Shown: positions 46,082 through 55,796, numbered from the stretch's first letter. The stretch: DNA of 64,000 nucleotides from an uncultured Gammaproteobacteria bacterium (GCA_947258785.1 CAMYJT010000014.1:6546-70545), one strand, 5' to 3'. Numbers and translations are program-made. Notes: generated by a model not told the origin, from the letters alone.

Positions 46082-47503
46082 ATGTACGTCATAGTGAATT
46101 CAAGAAAACATCGCATTGAACGTGACACCATGGGTGAGGTTAAGGTCCCCGTCGACGCCTTGTGGGGGGCGCAGACGCAGCGCAGCCTGGAGAATTTCAA
46201 GATCGGCGCCGAACGGATGCCGCTCAAGCTCATCCATGCGTTCGCCCACCTGAAAAAGGCCTGTGCCGTAGTGAATCACCAATTCGGAAAACTCGACCCG
46301 AGCCTTTGCGGTGCGATCGTTCGGGCCTGTGTGGAGATATTGGAAAACCGCCATGACGAACAATTCCGACTGTCGGTCTGGCAGACCGGCAGCGGCACCC
46401 AGACCAATATGAACTGCAACGAGGTCATCGCGAACCGGGCCACCCAAATTCTGGGCGGTGACTACACCCGGGAGAAGTTGGTGCATCCCAATGACCACGT
46501 CAACATGTCGCAGAGCTCCAACGACACGTTTCCAACCGCCATGCATGTTGCTGCGGTCATCGAAGTGGAAGACGTGTTGCTGCCGTCAATCGAACGGCTG
46601 CGCAACACGCTTGCCGCCAAAGCCGATGAGTTCAGTGGGATCGTGAAGATCGGCCGCACTCATCTGCAGGATGCGACGCCCTTGACCTTGGGCCAGGAGA
46701 TCAGCGGCTGGGTTGCCATGCTGGACACCGGTGCCGAGCAGACGGTCCAGGCTCTGGAACATGTTCGGGCCCTGGCAATCGGTGGTACCGCGGTGGGTAC
46801 GGGTATCAATGCCCATCCGGAATTTGCAGCGCGCGCCGCGGCAGCGGTTGCCGACTCGACGGGAAAACGATTTGTGTCCGCGGCAAACAAATTTCACGCG
46901 TTGACCTCGCACGACGCCGTTGTGCATTTGAGTGGTGCGCTGAAGGCGCTGGCCGCCAACCTGATGAAAATTGCCAACGATGTGCGCTGGCTCGCCAGCG
47001 GCCCGCGCTGCGGCATCGGCGAGATCTCGATCCCGGCCAACGAGCCGGGGAGCTCCATCATGCCGGGCAAGGTCAACCCCACGCAGGCCGAGGCCCTGAC
47101 CATGGTGGTGTGCCAGGTGTTCGGTAACGACACCACGATTGCGTTTGCCGCCAGCCAGGGCAATTTTGAATTGAACGTCTTCAAGCCGGTAATCGTTTAC
47201 AACCTGCTCCAATCCGTGCAGCTGCTTGCCGACGCCACACGCTCGTTCAACGACAACTGTGCTGAAGGCATTGAACCGGTCATGGACACCATCGAGAAGA
47301 ACTTGAACAACTCACTGATGTTGGTGACCGCCTTGAACCCCCACATCGGTTATGACAACGCGGCAAAGATCGCCAAGACCGCTTTTGCCGAGCACATCAC
47401 GCTCAAAGAGGCGGCGATCAAGCTCGGTGTGTTGACCGCCGAGCAATTCGACGAGTACGTAATCCCGGAGCATATGGTCAAGCCGGCCGGCGGACCGCGG
47501 TAA
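46082..47503 (+). CDS. fumC: class II fumarate hydratase
   Basis: [21 protein letters not shown] and the signature [13 protein letters not shown]. Confidence 0.9.
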   Translation: MYVIVNSRKHRIERDTMGEVKVPVDALWGAQTQRSLENFKIGAERMPLKLIHAFAHLKKACAVVNHQFGKLDPSLCGAIVRACVEILENRHDEQFRLSVWQTGSGTQTNMNCNEVIANRATQILGGDYTREKLVHPNDHVNMSQSSNDTFPTAMHVAAVIEVEDVLLPSIERLRNTLAAKADEFSGIVKIGRTHLQDATPLTLGQEISGWVAMLDTGAEQTVQALEHVRALAIGGTAVGTGINAHPEFAARAAAAVADSTGKRFVSAANKFHALTSHDAVVHLSGALKALAANLMKIANDVRWLASGPRCGIGEISIPANEPGSSIMPGKVNPTQAEALTMVVCQVFGNDTTIAFAASQGNFELNVFKPVIVYNLLQSVQLLADATRSFNDNCAEGIEPVMDTIEKNLNNSLMLVTALNPHIGYDNAAKIAKTAFAEHITLKEAAIKLGVLTAEQFDEYVIPEHMVKPAGGPR

Positions 47504-47517
47504 CCACCATCCGGGGG

Positions 47518-47538
47518 CCTTGCAGCAATACCCGGGAG
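47518..47538 (+). repeat. degenerate dispersed-motif-like copy C1
   Basis: CCTTGCAGCAATACCCGGGAG matches copy A at about 15 of 21 positions. Lies 15 nt after the fumC stop. Confidence 0.3.
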
Positions 47539-47637
47539 AGATGCTTTCCTCAGGCTGCCGGGAATACCAATCAGTGTTTGCACGAGCGCTTCCTCCGGGG
47601 TTGGTGTTTTAGACCGGAGCCGGAGTTTACACCAGTG

Positions 47638-47660
47638 CCCTCGGTGCAGTATGCGGGTCG
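47638..47660 (+). repeat. dispersed-motif copy C
   Basis: CCCTCGGTGCAGTATGCGGGTCG. The core GGTGCAGTATGCGGG matches copy A at 14 of 15 positions. Confidence 0.55.
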
Positions 47661-47750
47661 GTGAGCGGCCTCGTCCTACACGGTGATTGCACCGCTGATC
47701 CCGCTTGGAGTACAGTTGATCTCGAGTCAACCAGAACCGTTCAGCACGCC

Positions 47751-48569
47751 ATGTCCTCCCAATCCGGCCCGCGCCGGTCCATCAACATCAATACCTTCAA
47801 AAAGATGAAAGAGGCGGGAGAGAAATTCGCCAGTTTGACCGCGTACGATTACTGCACTGCCTTTGCCGTCAGCAGCGAGGGCGTGGAGATCATTCTGGTC
47901 GGCGATTCCTTGGGCATGGTTATTCAAGGGCACGACAGCAGCCTGCCGGTTACCGTAGAGGATGTCGCTTATCACATGCGCTGCGTCAAGAGCGGCAATC
48001 AGGGCGCGTTTTTGATGGCGGATCTGCCGTTCATGAGCTACTACTCCGAGCTCAACACGCTGGAAAATTCGGCCTGCCTGATGCGCGAGGGCGCCCAGAT
48101 GGTCAAGTTGGAGGGCGGCGCCTGGTTGGCGGATTCCACCCGGCTGCTCGTTCAGCATGGGATTCCAGTCTGTGCACACATGGGGCTGACACCGCAATCG
48201 GTGAATCACCTCGGTGGCTATCGTGTTCAAGGCCGTGACCCGCAGAAGGCCAAGACCATGATCGAAGAGGCCCGGGTCCTCGAAGACGCCGGCGCCAGCA
48301 TCCTGTTGTTGGAATGTGTACCAACCGCATTGGGGCAGAAGATCACCGAGAGTCTGGAGATCCCGGTGATCGGTATCGGTGCCGGTCCGCACACCGATGG
48401 TCAGATCATGGTGCTGCAGGACATGCTCGGTCTGTACCCCGGCAAACCCGCGAAATTCGTACACAATTTCCTCGCGGGGGACACCGGGGGTGTGCAGGGC
48501 GCCATCCGGGCCTACATCAGCGCGGTTAAATCGGGCGCCTTTCCCGCGCCCGAGCACTGTTACAGTTGA
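47751..48569 (+). CDS. panB: 3-methyl-2-oxobutanoate hydroxymethyltransferase
   Basis: KFASLTAYDY, ILVGDSLGMV and VKLEGG motifs. Confidence 0.9.
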   Translation: MSSQSGPRRSININTFKKMKEAGEKFASLTAYDYCTAFAVSSEGVEIILVGDSLGMVIQGHDSSLPVTVEDVAYHMRCVKSGNQGAFLMADLPFMSYYSELNTLENSACLMREGAQMVKLEGGAWLADSTRLLVQHGIPVCAHMGLTPQSVNHLGGYRVQGRDPQKAKTMIEEARVLEDAGASILLLECVPTALGQKITESLEIPVIGIGAGPHTDGQIMVLQDMLGLYPGKPAKFVHNFLAGDTGGVQGAIRAYISAVKSGAFPAPEHCYS

Positions 48570-48639
48570 ATTGACAAAGAAAACGGCATCGGGGTGAACA
48601 GCTCCGACCCCATTTTCTTCCGCCTTTTTGTTTCGCCCG

Positions 48640-49911
48640 TCAGGGCACGCTCTGGGAGATCAATACGTCCACGCGTTGTTCGTGGCCAGTGCTCACCGGC
48701 GACACTTCGCCCTTGAAATCGCCGCTTTGCGGAACGGCGTTACCGGTCTTCGAGATGCGGGCACCGACTTTCACTTGTTTGAATTTCGACAGGCTCATCG
48801 CTGGCATCATGGCGTCGCTGTCATTGAGGGTGACCGTGATGGGAAGGTCGGCAACCTGTTTGCGCACAACGGCCAACGGCATCGGCGGGCCGGACAGTGC
48901 CCGCGCAAAAATGAACACCGTGTCGGTCGGGGCCACTCGGCCGTTCAGCGAATTGTCCAGGGACACCTGAACCGTGATGGACGAGCTGTCGACCGCCGCC
49001 ACCGGCGCGGGGGCGGGCGCCGGCGGGGCTTCGGCAACCGGACCCGCGGTCGTGGGCCCGCCCAAGCGCTGTTCCGCGTCTGCGATGAGCCCCCTGAGCT
49101 CGGCCTGAGACTTCGAATCCTGACTCAACATCGGCTCTGCTTTGCGCCAGTAATCCAGGGCGGTCTGCAAATCATTGTCCTGCTTGGCGGCCATACCGGC
49201 CATCCACAAGCCCTGGATCAGGTTCGGGTCTTTTCGCAGGGCCAGCTGGACCAGCTTGAGCGGTTCACCGGCCAGTCGCCCACCGTGCACCATGGCCAGT
49301 GCATCGGCGTAGACCACCAGCACATTCGGGTCGTCGCCAACCAATTCGCGCAGCTTGGCCAGCGCCTGCGCCGCGTCCCGGTAACGTTTCATCGCCATGT
49401 AGGTCCGCCCCAGGATCGACCAGCCGCGGGCATCGTTCGGATTGTTCTGCAGCCGGGCGGAGAGGTCCATCGCCATCTGCTCCACGGAGGTGGGGTGCTG
49501 ACCTTCGGCCGCGAGGTTCGGGGACGGGGACGGCGCGCCGGTCACGCTGGCCGGTCTGCCCAGACCCAGATACAAGGCCCCCGCGAGCAGCGGGACACTG
49601 ACGCTGACGATCACTCCCGCCCAGTGTCCGCGCGGAGCGGGCTCAGCGGCCGTCTTGTCGGCGACGGGCTCCAGGTCATCTGCCAGGTTCCGTTCCAGCT
49701 CTTCACGCTCCATTTCATACTCCGCGGCGGACAGGTCACCGACGTCAACGGCATTCTTGAGATCCCGCAGCCGCTCGCGGGCGATGGCGAGATTCTGGGC
49801 GGTGCGATCCGTGCCCACACGCAGCCCGCGTCCGAACAGCGGCGGCAGCAACATGGCCAGCACAATCAGCGCCAGCGCGACGGCGATCACAAAGAAAACT
49901 ATCGTATTCAT
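48640..49911 (-). CDS. ccmI: c-type cytochrome biogenesis protein CcmI (TPR)
   Basis: N-terminal TM helix, then TPR-like repeats. Position downstream of ccmH. Confidence 0.75.
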   Translation of the reverse strand: MNTIVFFVIAVALALIVLAMLLPPLFGRGLRVGTDRTAQNLAIARERLRDLKNAVDVGDLSAAEYEMEREELERNLADDLEPVADKTAAEPAPRGHWAGVIVSVSVPLLAGALYLGLGRPASVTGAPSPSPNLAAEGQHPTSVEQMAMDLSARLQNNPNDARGWSILGRTYMAMKRYRDAAQALAKLRELVGDDPNVLVVYADALAMVHGGRLAGEPLKLVQLALRKDPNLIQGLWMAGMAAKQDNDLQTALDYWRKAEPMLSQDSKSQAELRGLIADAEQRLGGPTTAGPVAEAPPAPAPAPVAAVDSSSITVQVSLDNSLNGRVAPTDTVFIFARALSGPPMPLAVVRKQVADLPITVTLNDSDAMMPAMSLSKFKQVKVGARISKTGNAVPQSGDFKGEVSPVSTGHEQRVDVLISQSVP

Positions 49912-49926
49912 AATCCGGTCGTCTGC

Positions 49927-50385
49927 CTATTCTTCCGGTTCCAGGAGGCGCTTCATCTGTTCACGCTTGGCGTCGGTGAAAACGTCGGCCTTGGCCCGCC
50001 CGCGACGGCGGATAATCAGATACAGAACGGCCAGGGCGACGGCCATCAGGAAGAAAGGACCGATCCACAGAAACATGGTGGTCGATCTAAACGGTGGCCG
50101 GAACAGCACGAAATCGCCGTATCGGGCAACCATATAATTTACGACCTCCTGCTTGCCGGCGCCGCTGCGGATCATGTCGTAGGTCTGTTGGCGGAGATCC
50201 TTGGCCAGGTCGGCATTGGAATCCTTGAGGTTCTGATTCTGGCAGACTAGACAGCGCAGCTCGTCGATCAGCTCGTCGTACAGGCTCTTCTGCTCCGGGT
50301 TGTCGAACTCCAGCAACTCGACGCTGGCCTGTGCGGTCACAAAGACCAGCAGCAGGCTACAGCCCAGTGTAAGGATCCGCTTCAC
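49927..50385 (-). CDS. ccmH: cytochrome c-type biogenesis protein CcmH
   Basis: Signal peptide VKRILTLGCSLLLVF and the LRCLVCQNQNL (CxxC) motif. The GTG start overlaps the ccmG stop (GTGA). Confidence 0.8.
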   Translation of the reverse strand: MKRILTLGCSLLLVFVTAQASVELLEFDNPEQKSLYDELIDELRCLVCQNQNLKDSNADLAKDLRQQTYDMIRSGAGKQEVVNYMVARYGDFVLFRPPFRSTTMFLWIGPFFLMAVALAVLYLIIRRRGRAKADVFTDAKREQMKRLLEPEE

Positions 50386-50927
50386 GCCGCTGTGCTCTTC
50401 AAGGTCTTGATCAGGGGAATGATCTTGTCGTGCAGGTCTTTCCCTGTAATCGGTCCGATGTGCTTGTACCGGATGATCCCCTGGTGGTCGATGACGAAGC
50501 TCTCGGGTACGCCGTACACGCCCCAATCGATGCCTACTTTGCCGTCCAGGTCGACGACCGAAGAGGCATAAGGATCGCCCAGGCGGCGCAGCCAGTTTCT
50601 TGCGTCCGCCAGTTTGTCCTTGTAATTGAGCCCGATGATGGGAACGATCTGCTGCCTTGCGAGGTCCTTGAGCACCTCATGCTCGGCCCGGCAGGCGACG
50701 CACCAGGACGCCCAGACATTGAGCAGCCAGACCTTGCCGGCGAGCTCGCCGGCACTGAGCGTGATGCTCGCGTCGTTCAACGTCGGCAGCGCGAATCCGG
50801 GCGCCGGTTTGTCCACCAGCGGAGACGGAACTTTTCTGGGGTCCAGGGTCAGGCCGATGCCGAGTATGGCGACCATGGCCGCAAATACGACCACAGGAAT
50901 CACAAAACGCGCCTTTGTCGTGATCAT
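50382..50927 (-). CDS. ccmG: thiol:disulfide interchange protein DsbE/CcmG
   Basis: TM anchor plus a thioredoxin fold with the WASWCVACRAEH motif. Confidence 0.85.
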   Translation of the reverse strand: MITTKARFVIPVVVFAAMVAILGIGLTLDPRKVPSPLVDKPAPGFALPTLNDASITLSAGELAGKVWLLNVWASWCVACRAEHEVLKDLARQQIVPIIGLNYKDKLADARNWLRRLGDPYASSVVDLDGKVGIDWGVYGVPESFVIDHQGIIRYKHIGPITGKDLHDKIIPLIKTLKSTAA

Positions 50928-50932
50928 CTGTC

Positions 50933-52915
50933 TCAGGTCGTGCCGAGAGTCGCGCCCGGCACCGGTTCCGCGGCCTGCGATCTTCGCGCCAGGGTACGAT
51001 ACCGGCGATCCGACGCCCCCAACCCGCCGCCTATGGCCATGAGCAAAGGACCCAGCCAGACCCACACGATAAACGACTTGTAGTAGATGCGCAGGGTCCA
51101 CGAGTCCTGGCCCAACGATTCGCCGAGCGAGACGTACAGATCACGCGTCAAGCCGTAGTCGATGCCCGCCTCGGTCATCGGATTCTGGTCTACCCGGTAG
51201 ATTCGCTTCTCGGGCTTCAGCGTCGCCACGAGTTGATCGCCCCGGTGGACGACGATCTGGCCCTGCCTGGCGTTGTAATTGGGCCCCAGCACCTGGTTGA
51301 CGCCGTCAAAGCGGAACGAATAGCCGGCTACTTCATAGCGGTCACCGGGCGCCATGCTGACGTCCTTTTCCACCGAGTAGACGCTGGTCAGTGTCACGCC
51401 GACAATAAATACGGCAATCCCGAGATGGGCCACGGTCATGCCGTAGAAGCTCCTCGGCACGTGGGCGAGTGCGCGCAACGGGTGTGTTTTGTTAGCAACT
51501 CGTCTGAACACGCCCTGGATCGTGGTCACCGTGACCCACACCGCGAGTATCAGGCCCGACGCGGCCGCCCAGGAGTAGCCGCCGTGAGCGAGCAGCGGTA
51601 AGGTCAGACCGGCTGCCACGCTGACGCCGAGCGGAACGGCGGCACGGCGCAACAGGACCATCATTTCGTCGCGCTTCCAGCGTGCCATCGCACCGATTCC
51701 GACGACCGCCGCCAGCGGTACCGTCAGCGGTATGAAGACCGAGTTGAAGTACGGGGGGCCGACCGATATTTTGCCGAGCCCCAGCGCGTCCAGCGCCAGT
51801 GGATATAGGGTGCCCAGAAGTACCGTGGCGGCGACTACCACCAGCAAAACGTTGTTGAGCAGTAGGCCGGACTCGCGGGACACAAGGGCGAAGCTGATTC
51901 GGCTTCGAATCTGCGGCGCCCGCCACGCGTACAGCGACAACGACCCGCCGATGACGATGGCCAGGAATGCGAGGATGAAAACGCCCCGCGCCGGGTCAGT
52001 GGCAAATGCGTGCACCGAGGTCAGCACACCGGAGCGGACCAGGAATGTCCCGAGCAGACTGAGAGAGAACGTGAACACCGCCAGCAAGACGGTCCAGGCC
52101 TTGAAGGCCCCCCGGGATTCGGTCACCGCCAGTGAGTGGATCAACGCGGTGCCGACCAGCCAGGGCATGAACGACGCATTCTCCACCGGGTCCCAGAACC
52201 ACCAGCCGCCCCAGCCCAATTCGTAGTAGGCCCACCAGCTGCCGAGGGCGATGCCCAGGGTCAGGAACAACCAGGCCACGTTGGTCCACGGACGGGACCA
52301 GCGTGCCCAGGCGGTGTCGAGCCGGCCGCTCAACAGCGCCGCGATGGCGAAGGCGAAGGCCACCGAAAATCCCACATAGCCCATGTACAGCATGGGCGGG
52401 TGGATGGCGAGTCCGGGATCCTGAAGTAATGGATTCAAATCACGACCCTGCAGCGGGGCGGGGTCCAGCCGCTCGAAGGGATTGGACGTGAACAGCAGGA
52501 ACAGCAGGAAGCCGATCCCCACCAGACCCATGACGCTCAGCACCCGCGCCAGAATGTCCTCCGGGACACTACGGCTGAACCAGGTTACCGCGGCGCCCCA
52601 CAGGTTGAGGGTCAGGATCCACAACAACAGCGATCCCTCGTGGCCCCCCCACACCCCCGAGATCCGGTAGATCAGCGGCAGCTCGATGTTGGAGTTTTGG
52701 GTGACATAGGCCACCGAAAAATCGTTGACGACGAACGCGTAGGTGAGACAGGCATAAGAAATCGCGACCATGTAAAACTGAGCCCTCGCCGCCGGGCGGG
52801 CGACCGCGATCCAGCTGCGATTGCCCTGGGCCGCACCGGCGAGCGGGAAGACCGCCTGGACCAGGGCGATGCACAGCGCAAGCATAAGCGCATAGTTACC
52901 CAGTTCTGGAATCAT
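50933..52915 (-). CDS. ccmF: heme lyase CcmF
   Basis: 660 aa, polytopic, with the W-rich motif WGGWWFWDPVEN. Confidence 0.9.
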   Translation of the reverse strand: MIPELGNYALMLALCIALVQAVFPLAGAAQGNRSWIAVARPAARAQFYMVAISYACLTYAFVVNDFSVAYVTQNSNIELPLIYRISGVWGGHEGSLLLWILTLNLWGAAVTWFSRSVPEDILARVLSVMGLVGIGFLLFLLFTSNPFERLDPAPLQGRDLNPLLQDPGLAIHPPMLYMGYVGFSVAFAFAIAALLSGRLDTAWARWSRPWTNVAWLFLTLGIALGSWWAYYELGWGGWWFWDPVENASFMPWLVGTALIHSLAVTESRGAFKAWTVLLAVFTFSLSLLGTFLVRSGVLTSVHAFATDPARGVFILAFLAIVIGGSLSLYAWRAPQIRSRISFALVSRESGLLLNNVLLVVVAATVLLGTLYPLALDALGLGKISVGPPYFNSVFIPLTVPLAAVVGIGAMARWKRDEMMVLLRRAAVPLGVSVAAGLTLPLLAHGGYSWAAASGLILAVWVTVTTIQGVFRRVANKTHPLRALAHVPRSFYGMTVAHLGIAVFIVGVTLTSVYSVEKDVSMAPGDRYEVAGYSFRFDGVNQVLGPNYNARQGQIVVHRGDQLVATLKPEKRIYRVDQNPMTEAGIDYGLTRDLYVSLGESLGQDSWTLRIYYKSFIVWVWLGPLLMAIGGGLGASDRRYRTLARRSQAAEPVPGATLGTT

Positions 52916-53364
52916 CGGTACTTCTCCTTAAATTTTTCCGGCAGGTTCTTGGCCTGTTGCAAGGCGTCGGCAACCTCCGGAGGCATATAATTTTCGTCGT
53001 GTTTGGCCAGCACCTGAGACGCCATGAAGGTGCCGTCGTCGGTGAGTTTACCGTTGGCGATGATCCCCTGTCCCTCGCGAAACAGGTCCGGCAGGATGCC
53101 GCTGTACACCACGGTCACCGCGTTGGCGGTGTCGGTGAGGTCGAATTGCACCTGGATGCCGTCCCGCTGCACCGTGCCCTCGACCACCAGCCCCCCGACC
53201 CGGAGCAGCCGTTCCTTGGGCAGTTCGGTGGTCTTGATTTCAGTCGGTGTGACAAAGTAGAGCAGATTCTCTTTGAACGCGAGCAGGGTCAAGCCCGAAG
53301 CTATCGAGATGCCGACAAACACCACCGATACCACCAATAATCGTTGTCTTTGCGTTGGAGTCAT
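52912..53364 (-). CDS. ccmE: heme chaperone CcmE
   Basis: TM anchor, an OB-fold-like region, and LAKHDENYMPPEV containing the heme-binding His. Confidence 0.9.
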   Translation of the reverse strand: MTPTQRQRLLVVSVVFVGISIASGLTLLAFKENLLYFVTPTEIKTTELPKERLLRVGGLVVEGTVQRDGIQVQFDLTDTANAVTVVYSGILPDLFREGQGIIANGKLTDDGTFMASQVLAKHDENYMPPEVADALQQAKNLPEKFKEKYR

Positions 53365-53525
53365 GCTGATTTCCTCGACTTTTCCCGTACCAGGTCACGT
53401 AGCAATCGACGTTTCCGCAAAATCGGCGCGACGATGTTGTACACCAGCACCAATAATGCCATTCCGTAGGATGACCAGACATAGACGGCGTATCCGCCCA
53501 TATGAAAGAACTCACCCCAGCTCAT
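53361..53525 (-). CDS. ccmD: heme exporter protein CcmD (54 aa; absent from ORF track)
   Basis: Hand translation: MSWGEFFHMGGYAVYVWSSYGMALLVLVYNIVAPILRKRRLLRDLVREKSRKSA. ATGA overlaps both the ccmC stop and the ccmE start. Confidence 0.75.
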   Translation of the reverse strand: MSWGEFFHMGGYAVYVWSSYGMALLVLVYNIVAPILRKRRLLRDLVREKSRKSA

Positions 53526-54256
53526 AGTTGCTCCAGGTATTCGTTCACCCAGGTACTCCGGCGTTCCTGGTCAAGGACCTCCCAACGCGCGCGCGCCAAA
53601 ACGGTGGCGGCGTAGAATAGCATGAACGCCGCGGCCATAATCAGCAGCGGAATCAGCATGCTTAGATGGATGGAGGGGGCGCTGAATTTGGTCACGGTTG
53701 CGCCTTGATGCAGGGTGTTCCACCACTGTACCGAATAGTGAATGATTGGTATGTTGATGACGCCGACCACTGCCAGAATCCCGGCGGCCTGTTGACCGCT
53801 ACGCCGCTCCTCGAACGCGGCGTACAACGCCATAATACCTAAGTAAAGGAATAGCAGAATTAACTCGGACGTCAATCGTGCATCCCATACCCACCAGGTA
53901 CCCCACATGGGTTTGCCCCACAGGGAGCCGGTGATCAAGGCGAGAAGCGTGAAAGAGGCCCCGATTGGCGCTGAACTCATCGCTATGACGTGAGCCAGCT
54001 TGATTTTCCAGATCAATCCGACGGCCGCAGCGCCAGCCATGGACATGTAGACGAATAAGGACATCCATGCCGCCGGTACATGGATAAAGATGATGCGATA
54101 ACTCTCCCCCTGTTGATAGTCTGCGGGGGCGACGAAGAGTCCCAGATAGAGTCCGACCACGATTAGGATCAGGGTTGCGCCGCCGAGCCACGGTACCGTG
54201 TATCCCGCGATGCGGAAAAACTCACGTGGTGACGCGAAGCGATGAAAAAAGTTCAT
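53522..54256 (-). CDS. ccmC: heme exporter protein CcmC
   Basis: W-rich motif WGTWWVWDARLTS. Confidence 0.9.
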   Translation of the reverse strand: MNFFHRFASPREFFRIAGYTVPWLGGATLILIVVGLYLGLFVAPADYQQGESYRIIFIHVPAAWMSLFVYMSMAGAAAVGLIWKIKLAHVIAMSSAPIGASFTLLALITGSLWGKPMWGTWWVWDARLTSELILLFLYLGIMALYAAFEERRSGQQAAGILAVVGVINIPIIHYSVQWWNTLHQGATVTKFSAPSIHLSMLIPLLIMAAAFMLFYAATVLARARWEVLDQERRSTWVNEYLEQL

Positions 54257-54258
54257 AT

Positions 54259-54954
54259 CTACTCCAGTGTTACCCGCAATGCTATGGCGGTCGCAAACGG
54301 GGCCAGAGTCAGCGACAAGACCAGCATGGCTGTCAACAGGTACAGCTGACCGGCTACCTCCAGGTCGGCTATCGCCATATCAACGGCGCTGGCGCCGAAA
54401 ATCAGAATCGGTATGTACAGGGGCAGAATCAACAGCGCCAGCAGAATTCCACCCCGCCTTAACCCGACGGTGAGCGCTACCCCGATGGAGCCGATCAGGC
54501 TTAAGGTGGGGGTGCCCACGATCAAGGTCAAGACCAAAGCGCCGAGCTTGTCCATCGGCATCGCCAGCGATACGCCCAGCGCAGGTGACAGCAAGGTCAA
54601 CAACAGCCCCGTGGTACACCAGTGGGCCGCGACTTTGCCCATAACGATCACCGGTAACGGGTGGTGGCTCAACGCAAGCTGCTCCAGGGACCCGTCTTCA
54701 TAATCGGATCGAAAAATACTCTCTAAAGAGAGTAAAGTCGCCAGCAACGCAGAAATCCACAATACCCCGGGTGCAATCCGCAGCAAGGTCGGTGGATCCG
54801 CCGACAGCCCCAGTGGAAACAGGCTCACCACGATGACAAAAAACGCCAGGGGATTGATGAGTTCCGCACGGCGCCGCAAGGCCAATTTGAGGTCGCGCCG
54901 GAATATGGCGATAAAGGCAGAATATACGCTGGATTCGGTGTTTTCCATTAACAA
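54259..54954 (-). CDS. ccmB: heme exporter permease CcmB
   Basis: 231 aa, 6 TM segments, positioned between ccmA and ccmC. Confidence 0.85.
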   Translation of the reverse strand: MLMENTESSVYSAFIAIFRRDLKLALRRRAELINPLAFFVIVVSLFPLGLSADPPTLLRIAPGVLWISALLATLLSLESIFRSDYEDGSLEQLALSHHPLPVIVMGKVAAHWCTTGLLLTLLSPALGVSLAMPMDKLGALVLTLIVGTPTLSLIGSIGVALTVGLRRGGILLALLILPLYIPILIFGASAVDMAIADLEVAGQLYLLTAMLVLSLTLAPFATAIALRVTLE

Positions 54955-54958
54955 TTTG

Positions 54959-55603
54959 TCACAAAGACACGGTGATGCAGCATTCCCTCAGGCGTGGGTG
55001 GGACACAGGTTGGTGACTGGTCAGGACGACCATGCCACCCTGCTCGAGATGGCTGATCAGGTGGGCCTCGACCACGTCGCGCCCCTGGTCGTCGATCGCC
55101 GTGAACGGTTCATCGAGTATCCACAGGATGGCGTTTTTGACCAGTAATCGGCCCAGCGCCAAGCGCCGGCGCTGTCCGGCGGACAATTGTGCGACCATCA
55201 GATCCTGGCACTGTCGCAGACCCAGAACCCGTATGCAGTCGTCGAGGGAGTGGTTGATCCCGCCACCGTACAAGCGGGCAGCGATGTCCAGATTCTCCAG
55301 CGCGGTAAGTTCCGCCTTCAGTCCGTCGCGGTGTCCGACGTAGGTGCTTTCCATGCGGTACTGCGTCGGGACCTTGCGGATGTCCCGGCCCCGCCAACGG
55401 ATTTCGCCCCGTTCGGGGGACAGCAGACCGCAGACGATGCGCAGCAAGGTCGTTTTGCCGCTTCCGTTGGGGCCGGTAATATGCAGGAATTCGGCGGGCC
55501 GCAATCGAAACGACAGATCGCTGAACAGCACCCTGTCTCCGCGCGCGCCCTGTAGATTGTGGACAACCAGTTCGGCCACATTGTCTTCCTTCGGCTGGGT
55601 CAT
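54959..55603 (-). CDS. ccmA: cytochrome c biogenesis ABC ATPase CcmA
   Basis: Walker A GPNGSGKTTLLR, signature LSAGQRRRLAL and Walker B ILDEP. Start trimmed to Met at 55603. Confidence 0.85.
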   Translation of the reverse strand: MTQPKEDNVAELVVHNLQGARGDRVLFSDLSFRLRPAEFLHITGPNGSGKTTLLRIVCGLLSPERGEIRWRGRDIRKVPTQYRMESTYVGHRDGLKAELTALENLDIAARLYGGGINHSLDDCIRVLGLRQCQDLMVAQLSAGQRRRLALGRLLVKNAILWILDEPFTAIDDQGRDVVEAHLISHLEQGGMVVLTSHQPVSHPRLRECCITVSL

Positions 55604-55719
55604 GAATTCCGGAAAATCCTGGGGGGTCGATCTACAAACTGCGTCGGATGTTTTGTCAGTGCGTGTTAACAACTTAGCATGACATCGCCTCAGCGTCATG
55701 GCCGGAGCGGATGATACTG

Positions 55720-55740
55720 GTTCCAAACAGCGTTTGGAAC
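55720..55740. promoter_or_regulatory. perfect 21-bp palindrome in the ccmA/pdxH divergent region
   Basis: GTTCCAAAC-AGC-GTTTGGAAC: 9-bp arms with a 3-nt spacer. Confidence 0.4.
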
Positions 55741-55782
55741 TGTCCCGGCGCCGGGCTATGTTCCGCCGCGGGGTTCGATACG

Positions 55783-55796
55783 TTGATCTGGATCAA
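55783..55796. promoter_or_regulatory. FNR/Anr-type box, perfect consensus
   Basis: TTGATCTGGATCAA equals TTGAT-N4-ATCAA (10/10). Lies 55 bp upstream of the pdxH ATG and 180 bp upstream of the ccmA ATG. Confidence 0.55.

Noticed and set aside
48628-50250. 540-aa plus-strand ORF
   Set aside because: It is antisense to ccmI/ccmH, which carry clear family motifs. The sequence is R/G/H/Q-rich low complexity, typical of spurious long ORFs in GC-rich DNA.
54056-54067. AAGGACATCCAT, a 12-nt match to the left RAYT-flank repeat, inside ccmC
   Set aside because: It lies in conserved coding sequence (encoding ..AAWMSLF.. on the minus strand) and lacks the rest of the repeat unit. Treated as coincidence.
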